Below, piece after piece: positions 1 through 13,374 of a stretch of 64,000 nucleotides of DNA. The translations under genes and the position numbers were made by a program. Under the pieces are notes generated by a model, which did no database searches, was not told where the DNA came from, and saw only the letters and a program-made list of their open reading frames with translations. The stretch lies in contig NC_086097.1 in the NCBI RefSeq assembly GCF_963921235.1, positions 242,050,001 through 242,114,000 on the forward strand. Reading direction: 5' to 3'. Position 1 is the stretch's first letter, and every line of letters starts with the position of its first letter. This DNA comes from Mobula hypostoma. Taxonomy: Eukaryota.

Positions 1-2343
1 CATCTTGGCGAATGTTTCCATTAATATTGGTGGTTTTCTCAGAAACCAAATTACATACCTAGCTTCTGAACAGCACTATTGCCATTGCTTCAAAGAAAAA
101 CACAAATTGTTCAAAATGGGACAGCTTTCCATGCCCTTCTCCTTGGCAATGTGCATGTATTCAGTGGGGCTTATTCTGTCGCCTTTTTAAAAAAAAACAT
201 TCACAATGGTAATCTGAGGCTGGATGACACCCATAACATCTTTTACACTCTCAACCTTTCTGCTTCTGGCATCCACAGAACTTGTAGGTTTCTGGCCAAA
301 CTCATTTTATTACCAACAGACTTGGCTATGAAAGAATCAACTCATTTGTGGTCACTTTGTTGGTCACCATCGTGGGCAGTTTTGGGCCCCTTGTCTAAGA
401 AAGGATGTGCTGACATTGGAGGGGGTTCAATTGATTCTGGGATTGAAGGGCTTGTCATGTGAGGAGAGTTTGATGGCTCTGGGCCTCTACTCACTGGAAT
501 TCAGAAGAATGAAGGGGACCTAATTTAAACCTATCAAATGTTGAAAGGCCTAGATAGAATGGGTGGAGAGGATGTTTCCAATAGTTAGGGAGTCTAAGAT
601 CAGAATGCACAGCCTCAGAATTGAGGGCATCCTTTTAGAATGGAGATTAGGAATTTCTTTAGCCAGAAAGTACTGAATCTGTGGAATTTGTTGCCACAGA
701 TAGCTGTGGATGCCAAGTCATTGGGTATATTTAGGTAGAGGTTCATAGAGTCTTGATTAGTCAGGGCATGAAGGGATTTATGGGGAAGGCAGGAGATTGT
801 GGCTGAGAGGGGAAAATGGATCAGTAATGATCAGTAATGGAGCAGACTTGATGAGCTAAATGGCCTAATTCTGCTCCTATATCTTATGGTCTGTGTGCTT
901 TTTTTCCTGTCTGCACCTTATCATAGCTGGGTCAAGTCTTGCTTTTCATTGCCATTTCTGCACTAGTCTATATCCTTGTATATAAAAGTTTTATCTAAAT
1001 TCCCTTTTTCCTAGATTGTAGTTATTCAAAATCTATAACAGTCTGAAAATAGCATATTTTCCCAGTATCTTTAGCCTTACCATATATTTGCCAAGCATCT
1101 TTTCTGGTCCTTGATTGCGCACTCCAAATATGTAGCTCATAAGATCTTTAAAGGTCCTGATTATTTAAAATGTCCTTTCAATGTTTTTACAATTCCTTGT
1201 AAGATGCTTTTCTTTCATTGTGCAAGTAAATTTGTCAATCTGTTCTTGGTTTATTGTCCTCTGTGCCCAGACATTTGCTCTCAGAATATTTCCATACATG
1301 TACAGAGCAAAAAGCTAAGTCCTTATGTAATCCTCAAGCACACCAATGTCACTGCATGTATGCTGCCTGCCATTATCACAGCTGCACCACAATTTGTCTA
1401 ACACTTAATTATTGACTTCTAGTTTAAGTAGCAACATTCTGAACTCATGCAGTGCCTATTTATTCAGTGTGTTGTACAGAAAGGTAAGCAAAAGAACCAC
1501 CAATTGTATAATTCTTATATAAGATAGTTAACACTCAATTGGTAAGAGCTGATACAACATCACATTAAAAAGTCTACCACGTGGTGTACGTCATTCTTGA
1601 TGGTACTTGTGTACCGGTAAACAACAAATTTCTGCTACATTTCGAAATTTGCATTGCAAGCATTTACCATCTAACTGATTAGAGCCAGCCATTTCTTTTA
1701 TGTTGCTTTTATTTTGTAGGATTTCTGGTGGAAGAATTAATTTAGAAAAATGTATGATGCGTTTCCAATTCCTCATTTTCTGAATTATAATTCTCAAGTG
1801 TTATAGTTGAATCTGAATAAACCTCGGGAACCAGCTTCTTATATTTACCACAGTTTATTGTGCACCCTCCTGTAGGAGTTTGAGACCCAGTTGTCAAAGG
1901 GAAGGCACATAAGTACTGCCACCATCGGACAAGTGGGCCTCCTCCCTCAGCCGTATATTTATACATAGTAAGCACCATACATTACTGTTGCAAGATGTTA
2001 TTTGAACTGGTACGCCCACCAAGTCTGTTTGTGCGAAACTTAGTTACAAATAAGAGAGTCTGCTAGATCAAGGGTTAATTACAGATGGATGTGCTGTCCA
2101 GTCCTTATCAGTTTTTCCCTTTGCTAGGCCCTGACTTAATTAGAGATGGATGTTCGTTCCTGTCTTTATCGGTGAGCTCTCCTCCCCTACTCAAACGAGG
2201 GTACAATGTACAACGTTGTCAAACTCTCAATGTCTCTCTGCACACCGGGGAGAACTGGTCTTCAGCTGACTGCTGAAGGCAGAGTTTACTCCAGTTCAAA
2301 AATTCCTATTCCGTCCCAATTATTCTTTTAGCCAGAGGTTACA
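1..2343 (-). mobile_element. Putative decayed endogenous retrovirus: LTR, PBS and gag-like relic, interrupted by CR1
   Basis: On the minus strand: TGTAAC at 2343 ... AAACA at 2026 (LTR-like), then TGGTGGGCGTACCAG (PBS-like, about 2007-2021), then a degenerate knuckle HAHCQGEGH near 116-156. Confidence 0.4.
350..893 (+). mobile_element. CR1 LINE 3' fragment, old
   Basis: Degenerate end of ORF2 (LGLYSLEFRRMKG motif) and CR1 tail tggcctaattctgctcctatatcttatggtct. Confidence 0.85.
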
Positions 2344-2631
2344 TAGGTTTAAAATGATTTTTTTATATCCCCAATTCCTCACGTTTTGAAACTCTGTTAT
2401 TTGAACAAATATTGCACACAGATGTTAGTGAATATATCCAGGTTAAATATCATAACATTGTTACACTTCTGGAGATTGGAATTCAAGGCTAAAGAAATAT
2501 GAATTGTGCTTTAATAAATGAGTAATGTTTTGAAACTAATAGATGTACTTTTTGTGCATTAGAACTTAATAGACAGAATCTACTACAGCAAATACTGCAA
2601 AAGCATTCATCATTTTTATTTTATTATTTAG

Positions 2632-2771
2632 ACAGCAGACAAGAACTGGAAAAATTTTTGAAATTGAAAAAGTGCAAAATGCCAAAAGTAATTGATAGTT
2701 TCATTGAACTGTCTGAATCAGAAGATGGTGGCAGTGCTGAAGATGAACCACATCAATTCAACAACATTCAG
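2632..2771 (+). CDS. BEND5-like BEN-domain protein, internal coding exon (provisional exon 2)
   Basis: Acceptor ttttattttattatttag|ACAGC, donor CAG|gtatta; 140 nt, phase 1 to 0. Translates (D)SRQELEKFLKLKKCKMPKVIDSFIELSESEDGGSAEDEPHQFNNIQ, resembling BEND5 'EDKSDLENSVMQKKIKIPKL' as I recall it. Phase fits the next exon. Confidence 0.75.
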
Positions 2772-3719
2772 GTATTAAATTGAATAATGTTTTATCTCTC
2801 TTAGTCTGGAAACAGAATGCTTCTCTATTCCCTTTCCTTTTCTCCTATTGAAAATGATTGATTAACCTTTGTTCATGTCTCTTCAGAATTTCACTCAACT
2901 TGCAAGAAGTTCTTTGATCATGATTGAATCTATCCCCCTCAGAGTGCTATATCTATTAGTAGCATCATTGGGCTGAACAGATTTTAGACCAGTTCCTTTG
3001 TGAAATGGTTTTTACAGCTATGCTTGTTTGATGTCATGGGGAGTTTAACTTCTCTACAGGCGAACATCAGTTTTTAAATTTTAGGATGTTGGTGGTGATG
3101 AGCTTAGCTAAGTCAACAAGTATGGGGATGATGGATGAATGGGACTTGCTTGTTGTTACTCTGTAATTGTAGTTGACAAGTTTTAGGTGAATCAGTCCTT
3201 TGAGTCTAGATAATGGGAGACTGGTCAGGAGTAGTTGTGATGAGACATGGGTGAGTGCAGATGTTAGAACCTGGAATGAAAAACAAACTACCGGATAAAC
3301 TTGGATCCAGCAGCATCTGTGGAAACAAAGGGGTGGTCAAAGTTCAGGTCAAGGCCCTGCATCAACACTGAGAACGTAGAGGGAAGATAGCCAGTGTGTC
3401 AGAATCAGGTTTAATATTACTGGCATATGTTGTGAAATTTGTTTTTTGTGGCAGCAGTACATTGAAATACAGAATTTTAAAATACAATAAGTAACAAGTA
3501 CATAAAATGTACAGGTAAGAAAAAATAGTGCGGTAGTATTGATGAGTTAATTGTCAATTCAGAAATCTGATGGCAGAAGCTGTTCCTGAAACATGATATG
3601 GAGGGGAGATAAGAGGATGGTCTGCAATAGGTGGAACTAGATGGGGAAGGGTGGAATTGATGGGCAGGTAGAGGTGGATTGTTGGAGGCAGGTTGGTAGG
3701 TGATACTATTGGGGATCAG

Positions 3720-5985
3720 TGTTACGTACTGAACTGGAGGTGATTAGGGAGCTTAAGGTAAAAGAATCCTTAGGAACCAGTGATCATAATATGATTGTGT
3801 TCAACTTGAAATTTATTAGGGAGAAAGTTAAGTCTGCAGCAGCAATTTAGTGGAGTAAGAGAAATTACAGTGGTATGAGAGAGAAGTTGGCCAAGGTAAA
3901 TTGGAAGGAGCTGCTGGCAGGGATGTCAGTAGAGCAGCAATGGCATGCGTTTCAGGGGAAAAATGAGGAAGCTGCAGTATTCCAAAAATGAAAAAATAAT
4001 CAAATGGTAAAATAGTGCAACTGGCTGACAAGGGAAGTCAAAACTATTGTAAAAGCAAAAGAAAGGGCACACAACAAAGCAAACATTAGTGGGAAGATAG
4101 AGGATTGGAAGTTTTTAAAAACCAACAGAGCAACTAAAAAAAAATTATTAGAAGGGAAAAGATGAAATATGAAAGCAAGCTAGCAAATAATATTAAAATG
4201 GATAGTAAAACTGTTAACATACTTGAAAAAGCTAAGAAATGAGTGGATATAGGATCGCTAGAAAATGAAGCAGGAGAAATAATTGGGGCAAGGAGATGGC
4301 TGATGAACGAAATGAGTATTTTGTGTCAGTCTTCAATGTGGAAGACATTAGCAGTCTGCCTGATGTTGTAGTGTGTGAAGGCAGAGAAGTGGGTGCAGTT
4401 ACTTTTACAAGAGAAAAGATGCTCAAAAAGCTGAAAGACCTAACGGTACATAACTTACTCAGGCCAGAGGAACTGCATCCTAGGGTTCTAAAAGAGGTAG
4501 TGTTAGAGATTGTGGTGGCATTAGAAATGATCTTTCAAACATCATTGGACTCTGGCATAGTGCCAGAGGACTGGAAAATTGCAAATGTTACTCCACTCTA
4601 TAAGAAAGGAGGAAGACAGCAGAAATGAAATTATAGACCAATTAGTCTGACCTCAGTGGGTGGAAAGATGTTGGAGTCAACTGCTAAGGATGGGGTAATG
4701 GAGTACTTGGTGACACAGGACAAGATAGTACAAAGTTAGCATGGCTTCCTTCAGGGGAAATCCTGCCTGACAACCCTGTTGAAATTCTTTGAGAAGATTA
4801 CAAGTAGGATAGATAAAGGGGATGCAGTAGATCTTGTATATTTGGACTTTCAGAAGGCCTTTGACAAGGTGCCACACATAAGGCTGCTTACCAAATTAAG
4901 AGCCCGTAGTATTACAGAAAAGTTACTAACATGGTTAGAGCATTGGCTGATTGGTAGGAAGCAGCAAGTGGGAATAAAAGGATCCTTTTCTGGTTGGCTG
5001 CCAGTGACTAGTGGTGTTCTGCAGGGATCAGTGTTGGGACCACTTCTTTTTATGCTGTGTAATAAATTATTTGGACGATGGAATAGATAGTTTTGTTGCC
5101 AAGTTTGCAGATGATATGAAGATTAGTGGAGGGGAAGGTAGTGTTGAGGAAACGGGTAGGATGCAGAAGAACTTAGGAGAATGGGCAAGAAAGTGGCAAA
5201 TGAAATACAATGTTGGAAAATGTGAGATAGTAGAAATAAATGTGCGGACTATTTTCTAAATGGGGAGAAAATCAAGGAATCTGAGATGCAGAGGCACTTG
5301 GGAGTCCTTGTGCAGAACACCCTGAAGGTTGAATCGGTGGTGAATAAGGCAAATGCCATGTTAGCATTCATTTCAAGAGGTCTAGAATACAAGAGCAGGG
5401 TTGTGATGCTGAGGCTTTATAAGGCACCGGTGAGGCCACACCCTGAGTATTGTGAACTGTTTTGAGCTCCTCATCTTAGAAAAGATGTGCTGGCATTGGA
5501 GAAGGACCAGAGGAGGGTCACAAGGATAATTCGAGGAATGAAAGGGTTATCATATGAGAAACGTTTGGCTCTGGGTCTGTACTGGAATTCAGAAGGATGA
5601 GGGGGGATCTCATTGAGACCTTTCGAATGTTGACAGGCCGAGACAGAGTAAACGTGGAAAGGATGTTTTTCATGGTGGGAGAGTCTAGGACAAGAGAGCA
5701 CAGCCTCAGGATAGGCCTTTCAAAACAGATGTGGAGAAATTTCTTTAGCCAAAGGGTGGTGAATTTGTGGAGTTTGTTGCTACATGCAGCTGTGGAGGCC
5801 AGGTCGTTGGGTGTATTTAAGGCAGAGATTGATAGGTTCTTGATTGGATGTGGCATCAAAGATTACAGGGAGAAGGCCGGGAACTGGAGTTGGGGAGGAG
5901 ATGGAAAAGGATCAGCCAGTATTGAATGGCAGAGCAGACTCAATGGGCCACATGGTGGAATTCTGCTCTTATGTCTTATGGTGAT
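3720..5985 (+). mobile_element. CR1 LINE, decayed ORF2 (linker and RT) plus 3' tail
   Basis: Frameshifted ORFs with PEDWKIANVTP, YLDFQKAFDKVPH, QGSVLGP, KFADD; tail tgtcttatggt. Confidence 0.9.
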
Positions 5986-6019
5986 GGGTAGAAACAGATG
6001 GGGAAAGGTGGAAGTGATG

Positions 6020-7174
6020 GGCAGGTTTTTAAGCCCAAGATCCCCTACTTCGGCCTTAGTGAATGGCAAGATCGACCTACTAAATGGGTTAGTCACTCGC
6101 ATGCACACCGGGCAGAAAAGACCGGAACTAAAACCCGCAATCCAGAAGCAACCTCTCTTTACAAACAGCTTTCTGTAGCGGGAGTATTGCTATATTACCA
6201 TTATCATAATTAGTATTACTTATTTTTATAATGCTCACATTACAACACCTTTAATTCTATGTTTCATTATTTAATTTTATTTCAACATGAAAAATAAATA
6301 AATAAAAATTGACTGTTGCACTCAGTGTGATGACTGGGGCTGAATACTTTCTGCTGGTTCCCTGAAATTTGGCTCATAACTACAGACAGCCAGTTTGAGT
6401 AGTCTGTGAGGTGTCTGTCAGTAAGACAGCTCCTGTACTTAGATTTCATAATTTTCATCTGTTGCAACACAGCACCCTCGCAAACCTCCTGGCAGACTGA
6501 ATATTTGAACGGACAGTTTCCTGTGTTAGACTGAATGGTGAATCTGCCATGTTTTTCAGATGTTTTGTATTGGTAAACCGTTACTGAGACACTATTATGT
6601 TTCAGAGGTATGCAAGATAATGACACTACTTTTTTTGTTTCCCAGTTATTTACATTTGGGGAATGTTGGAATTTAAAGGGGGAGAAGTGCTATAATGTGA
6701 GCATTATAAAGAGTTAAAAATACACGTGGACTAGGATGTTAACTGTCCTGTGCTATCACCAGTGGGATCATCAGTTGATCTGCCACCTGTCTTTGAAGGG
6801 GGAGAAGTGTTGTAATGTGAGCATTATAAAGATAAGTTAATACAAATTAGAATAATGGTAATATAGCAATACCCCTGATACGGAAAGCTGTTTGTAAAGA
6901 GGGGTTGCTTCCAGGTTGTGGGGTTTTACTTCCAGTCTTTTCTACCGTGGTGCATGGCGGGGGAGCTACACGTATGTGCACTGGGCAGAAAGAACGGAAC
7001 TAAAACCCCACAATCCAGAAACAATCTCTCTTTACAAACAGCTTTCAGTAGCGGCAGTATTACTATATTACCATTATCCTAATTAATATTACAACAGTAT
7101 TTGTGTATTTATTTTTCTTTTTTTTTTGGGATCTATTGGGAAAGTCTCAAAGATCAACCGGTTGACGACCACTA
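6020..7174 (-). mobile_element. Non-autonomous hAT (Charlie/SPIN-type) element with transposase C-terminal relic
   Basis: Minus ORF contains MKIMKSKYRSCLTDRHLTD (hAT dimerisation-domain end); right terminus accggttgacgaccacta followed by gtctatgg; internal inverted and direct repeats. Left end not defined. Confidence 0.7.
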
Positions 7175-7809
7175 GTCTATGGGCTTTCATCAGAATCTGA
7201 CGTGCTCTATTTCCAATGTTTTCTGTTCCTACCAGATTTGCAACATTTGCAGTACTTTGCTTCATTTTGTGATTTTTAATGTCAGGTGATGGACCTGTAA
7301 TTGACCAGATTTTGATGCAGATTTGCATTAAGAACTGTGTAATGGCTTTCTTTGCAAAATAGCTCATTGCTATCAAAACAGTGGTTATGTTGATTTAAAA
7401 CTGGCCAGGAGATAATAAGGCAAGGTACACTGCAAGGTTGATGTTTCTCAGTGAATTTTCCTGAAACTGGCATTAAATCCATTGCTTGCTTTGTTACATA
7501 TGATTGAAGTTGGGTAGACGCTGTCTTTAGTAATGAATGGGTTATATTTTATACATATATTTTGTCTGAAAGTACACAAGTCACTCAGTATGGTAACCGT
7601 TCCTGCTGTAGCATTGGAATGAATACCATTAAAAACACACAAGACTATCAGAATCAGGTTTAATATCATTGGCATATGTCGTGGAAGTTGTTAACTTTGC
7701 GACAGCAGCACAATGCAACACATCTTAACAAAGAGAAAGAAAACTGGAAATGTTGGGTCCAGGTTAGGTCCTCAGATATTGACACCCAGGAACTTGCAAT
7801 TGCTCACTG

Positions 7810-8470
7810 GACATCAGTATGTCTGAGGACCTTACCTGGGCCTAACATATCAATGCAGCTATAAAGAAGACAAGAGAGCAGCTATATTTCATTAAGAGTT
7901 TGAAGAGATTTGGTTTGTCACTAGAACACTCAAAACCTTTGACAGATGTAAAGGAGAGCATTCTGACTGGCGGCATCACTCTTCTGTGGTGGTGAGGTGG
8001 TGGGGGGGGTGGATTATGGCATGGGATCGAAGTAAGTTGCATGAAGTTGTAAAATTAGTCAGCTCCTTCATGGGAACTAGTCTGCGTAGTATCTAAGCCA
8101 TCTTCAAGGATCGGGGCCTCAGGAACGCAGTGTCTGTCGACCCCTATCACTCAGGATGTGCACTGTTCTCATTGTTATAGTCAGGAAAGAGGTACAGAAG
8201 CCTGAAGGCGCACACTCAGCGATTCAGGAACAGCTTCTTCCCCTCTACCATCTAATTTCTGAATGGACACTGAATCCATGAACACAACCTCACTACTTTT
8301 TAAAAATGTATTTCTATTTTTTGTGCTACTTATTTTAACTTAATCTATGTATATGTAATTACTGTAATTAAATTGCTTTTCTACATTTATTGTGCATTTC
8401 ATTGTACTACTGCTGCAAAGTTAACAAATTTCACGATGTGCTGGTGATATTAAACCTGATTCTGATTCCT
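7810..8470 (+). mobile_element. Rex1-like LINE 3' end and UTR fragment
   Basis: cacactcagcgattcaggaacagcttcttcccctct (RFRNSFFP motif); tail taaacctgattctgattc. Confidence 0.7.
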
Positions 8471-9140
8471 CTGACGACTGGTATCTGTTCCCTCATCTTT
8501 CCCTTTCTGAAGTCCACAATCAGTTCTTTGGTCTTGTTGATGTTGAGTGCAAGGTTGTTGCTGCAGCACCACTCAACTATATCTCTCTCCTTTATGCCCT
8601 CTTGTCACCGTCTGAGATTCTGCCAACAGCGGTTGTATCGTCAGCAAATTTATAGATGGAGTTTGAGCCACACAGTCATGGGTGTAGAAAGAGTAGAGCA
8701 GTGGGCTAAGCACACGGTCTTGAGGTGCGCCAGTGTTGATTGTCAGCAAGATGGAGATGCTATTTCCCATCTGCACCAATTGTGATCTTCTGGTTCGGAA
8801 GTCATGGGTCCAGTTGCAGAGGGAGGTGCAGAGGCCCAGGTTCTGGAGCTTTTTCGATCAGAATTGTAGGAATGATGGTGTTGAATGCTGAGCTGTAGTC
8901 AATGAACAGCATACTGAGATGGGTATTTGTATTGTCCAGGTGATCCAATGGAGTGTGGAGAGGCCATTGAGATCGTGTTTGCCATAGACCAATTGTGATA
9001 AAGTTCCTGTGGGTCCAGGTCCTTGCTGAAGCAGGGTTGATTTTAGCCATAACCAACTTCTCAAAGCATTTCATCACCATAGATGCGAGTGCTACTGGAC
9101 GATAGCCATTAAGGCAACTTGCCCTGCTCTTAGGAAGCAT
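8471..9140 (-). mobile_element. Rex1-like LINE RT fragment
   Basis: ORFs with YRPVALASMVMKCFEKL, MLFIDYSSAFNTI, NTGAPQDRVLSPLLYS. Confidence 0.85.
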
Positions 9141-9539
9141 TACTAAAGTTGAGAAAGGAAGAAATCTTGTTCTGCCGTTTATAGGAATGAAGGAATCAGT
9201 GAGGCACAGAGAATCTGTATGTACCGAAAGTAACTGTTATTGTCTCAACTAAAAAGCATGTGGGTTCACAAACTAACTACCTGTTTGCACCTCACAAGAA
9301 CCCCTGACCCTCCACGAACAGTCAATGAAAAGTAAAGGTATTACACGGGAAAGGAGTCTACATTGTCTAGGCATTCCCCGTGGTCCCAATCTCCATCTGT
9401 CTGTGGTGTCCTTATCCATGATGGTTGGTCTCTGGTTACTGGAGAGTTATTGCCCTTGTGTATTTGGAGCTCCTGACTCTTATAGTGTTCCTCATCAGTT
9501 GAACTGGTGAATCTCTATCCTGTTGGCTCAAGGTCACCT

Positions 9540-9810
9540 TCTTCAAAGAAAGATAATTACTTTCCTCCTCCATCAATGCTGCCCTCAACTGCATCTTTTC
9601 CATGTCATGCACGTCTGCTCTCACCCCATCCTCCAGCCACCCTATCAGGGATAGGGTTCCTCTTGTCCTCATCTACCATCCCACCAGCCTCCGCGTCCAG
9701 CACATAATTCTCGGGAATTTCTGCCGTCTCCGACTGGATTCCATCACCAAGCACATCTCCCCTCCCCCGACTTTCTGCTTTCTGCAGGGATCGCTCCCTA
9801 CATGACTCTG
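9540..9810 (+). mobile_element. Penelope-like element fragment, continues at about 13075-13360 past the Rex1 insertion
   Basis: RDRVPLVLIYHPTSLRVQHIIL, similar to the PLE copy at 29661-31546. Confidence 0.75.
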
Positions 9811-9812
9811 TT

Positions 9813-12800
9813 ATGAAGTTGAGTTTATTGTCATTTCGACCATAAGCTGCTGGTACAGTACACAGTGAAAACGAAACAACGTTCCTCCATGACCCTGGTG
9901 CTACATGAAACAACACAAAACTACACTAGACTATGTGAGACAGCTCAAGGCTACACTAGACTACGTAAAACAAACACAAAAACTGCAGACCTGCACCGGA
10001 CTACATAAAGTGCACAAAACAGTGCAGGGCAGTACAATAATTAATAAACAAGACAATAGGCACAGTAGAGGACGAATTACAATATAAGAAATGATGTAGA
10101 TGTCAGTCTAGACTCTGAGTAATGAGGAGTCTGATGGCTTGGGGGAAGAAACTGTTGCACAGTCTGGTCATGAGAGCCCGAATGCTTCGGTACCTTCTGC
10201 TAGATGGCAGGGGGGAGAAGAATTTGAGGGGTGCGTGGGGTCCTTCACAATACTGTTAGCTTTGCGGGTGCAGCATATGGTGTAAATGTCTGTAATGGCG
10301 GGAAGAGAGACCTCAATGATCTTCTCAGCTGACCTCACTATTCGCTGCAGGGTCTTGCGATCTGAGACGGTGCAACTCCTGAACCAGACAGTGATGCAGC
10401 TGCTCAGGATGCTCTCGATACATCCTCTGTAGAATGTGGTGAGGATGGGGGGTGGGAGATGGACTTTTCTCAGCCTTTACAGAAAGTAGAGACGCTGCTG
10501 TGCTTTCTTGACTGTGGAGCTGTTGTTGAGGGACCAGGTGAGATTCTCCGCCTGGTGAACACCAAGAAATTTGGTGCTCTTAACAATCTCAACGGAGGAG
10601 CCGTCAATGTTGGGTGGAGAGTGGTCGCTCTGTGCTCTCCTGAAGTCAGCAACCATCTCTTTTGTTTTGTTCACATTCAGAGACAGGTTGTTGGCTCTGC
10701 ACCAGTTTGTTAGCCGCTGCACTTCCTCTCTGTATGCTGACTCGTCATTCTTGCTGATGAGACCCACCACAGTTGTGTCATCGGCAAACTTGATGTGATT
10801 GGAGCTGTGTATTGCTAAACAGTCGTGGGTCAGCAGAGTGAACAGCAGTGGACTGAGCACACAGCCCTGGGGGGCCCTGTACTCAATGTGATAGTGTTGG
10901 AGATGCTGCTCCCCATCCGGACTGACTGAGGTCTTCCAGTCGGGAAGTCTAGGATCCAGTAGCAGAGGGAGGTGTTCAGGCCCAGCAGTTTCAGTTTTCC
11001 AGTCAGGTGCTGTGGAATGATTATGTTGAATGCTGAACTGAAGTCTATTAACTGCATTCGAACCTACATGTCTTTTTAGTCCAGGTGGGTAAGGGCCAGG
11101 TGGAGGGTGGCGGCGATGGCGTCATTTGTTGAGCAATTGGGACGATACGTGAACTGCATGGGTCCAGTGGGGGGGGGGGCAGCAGGGTCTTGATGTACCT
11201 CATGACGAGCCTCTTGAAACATTTCATGATGATTGATGTGAGAGCAACGGGACACTGTCGTTGCAACAGGTAGTCATTGAGGCAGGACACTGAGGACTTC
11301 TTCGGCATGGGGCCGATTGTGGCGGCCTTGAAGCACGTTGGAATGACGGCACTGCTTAGGGAGATGTTGAAGATGTCAGTGAGAACACCTGCCAGCTGGT
11401 CTGCACATCCTCTGAGCACTCTGCCAGGAATATTGTTTGGTCCAGCAGCCTTCTTTGGGTTGACTCTGCATAGAGTTTTCCTCATGTCAGCCATGGTAAG
11501 ACACAGCACCTGGTTATTGGGAGGAGGAGTGGTCTTCCTCGCCACCACGTCATTTTCTGCCTCGAAACGGGTGTGGAAGTTGTTCAACGCATCCGGAAGG
11601 GAGGCATCACCAGCACAGGCAGGTGATGTTGCCTTGTAGGTGATGTCCTGAATGCCATTCCACATGCGCCATGTGTTGCCGTTGTCCTTGAAGTGGCTGT
11701 GGACTCGTTGGGCGTGTGCATGCTTTGCCTCTCTGATGGCCCGGGACAGCTTGGCTCTCGCTGTTAGAGCTGCCTTGTTGCCTGCTCTGAAGGCGGAGTC
11801 ATGGGTCCTCAGCTGCGCACGCACCTCCGCGGTCATCCATGGCTTCTGGTTGGAGCGTGTAGTGATGGTCTTCGACAGTGATGTCATCGATGCACTTGCT
11901 GATGTAGCTAGTCACTGATGCTGTGTACTCCTCTAAGTTGGTAGAGTTGCCATCGGTTGCAACCTCCTTGAACATGTGCCAGTCAATGTGCTCAAAGCAG
12001 TCTTGAAGAGCAGAGATGGCTCCTGCTGGCCAGGTTTTCACCTGCTTCAGAACTGGTCTGGAGCGCCTGACGAGCAGTCTGTATGCTGGGATTAGCATAA
12101 CAGAAATATGGTTTGAGTAACCGAGGTGGAGGTGGGGCTCTGCCCAGTATGTGTCAGGGATGTTTGTGTAAACGAGGTCCAACGCGTTCTCCCCTCTCGT
12201 TGCAAATTCCACATATGGAATTGGGGAGCACTGACTTGAGGTTCGCGTGGTTAAAATCTCCAGCGACAATAAACAGTCCATCAGGGTGTGCATTTTGCAG
12301 TTTGCTAATAGCCCCATACAGTTCAGAGCACCTCCTTAGCATTGGCGCTGGGGGGAATGTACACACCAACTATAAGGACAATGGTGAATTCCCGTGCTAA
12401 ATAAAATGGTCTGCATCTAACAGTCACAAACTCCACTAGCGATGAGCAGTTACTGGAGATAAGCACAGAGTTCTTGCACCATTCTGTGTTGATGTAAATA
12501 CACACGCCCCCACCGTGAGTCTTACCGCACAGTGTTGCGTCTCTGTCAGCCCGGAACAAAGCGAGCCCATCTAGCTGAATGGTGGCGTCCGGAACTCTTG
12601 TCGCTAAGCCACGTTTCTGTGAAAACAAAAGCTCAGCAGACTCTGTACTCCCGCCAAGTAGTCCGCCGGAGTCAGGTGTAGTCCAATTTATTGTCCAGGG
12701 AGCGGACATTGGAGAGCAGAATGGACGGGAGAGTTGGCTGAGTAGGGTTTGTCTTTAGCCTAGCATGGACCCCTGCTCGCTTGCTGCGCTTCCGCTTACG

Positions 12801-13068
12801 ACATCCCCACCACCGGCATCAGGCGACACCGAGGACTGTAGGCTTGGTCCCCAAAGCAGGCCGAGGTCGTGAAGCTTCTCCAGCAGCTCCTCGTGAAGGT
12901 TTGTTGTTGGGCAATTTCTGTACCGTAGCATTGTCTGGCGATGGTAGATACGAACACTGGTTGCTCTGTTGTCCATGTGCAAATTAAAAAATTGTGCCTT
13001 AGTTAAAAAAAAGTAATACCAGGTCCGGAGAGGCCACTGCTACCGTCTGCCACACTGCCTGAAATAAA
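9813..13068 (-). mobile_element. Near full-length Rex1/Babar-type LINE (APE + RT), frameshifted
   Basis: APE motifs GGGVCIYIN, VAGDFNH, LDLVYTN; RT motifs [27 protein letters not shown]; 3' UTR ending aataaactcaacttcat. Confidence 0.9.
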
Positions 13069-13074
13069 ACGATT

Positions 13075-13360
13075 ATTTCCATTTGTCCTTCCCGACTATT
13101 CTCCCTCCTGGCACTTAGCCTTGTATACAGAATAAGTGCTACACTTGCCCCTACACCATCTTCCTCACTGCCATTCAGGGCCCCACACAGTCCATCCAGG
13201 TGAGGTGACATTTCACGAATGAGTCTTTTGGGGTTATGTACTGTGTTCAGTGCTCCTGGTATGGCCTCCTGTATTATCAATGAAACCTGATGTAGTTTGG
13301 GAGACCGCTTTGCCAAGCACCTACATTCTGTCCGCCAGAAGTAGCAGGATGTCCCAGCTT
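13075..13360 (+). mobile_element. Penelope-like element GIY-YIG fragment
   Basis: Degenerate ggcctcctgtattatcaatgaaacc (GLLYIxET), collinear with 30780-31020. Confidence 0.7.
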
Positions 13361-13374
13361 TTACCCAAGATGGA

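Noticed and set aside
1021..1800. Possible hAT/BED-finger transposase relic (KCLQCK)
   Set aside because: No complete BED or DDE motifs and no TIRs; the ERV reading fits somewhat better, though it is also tentative.
9145..9535. Unassigned island that might be an LTR fragment
   Set aside because: No clear termini, TSD or PBS; cannot be supported.
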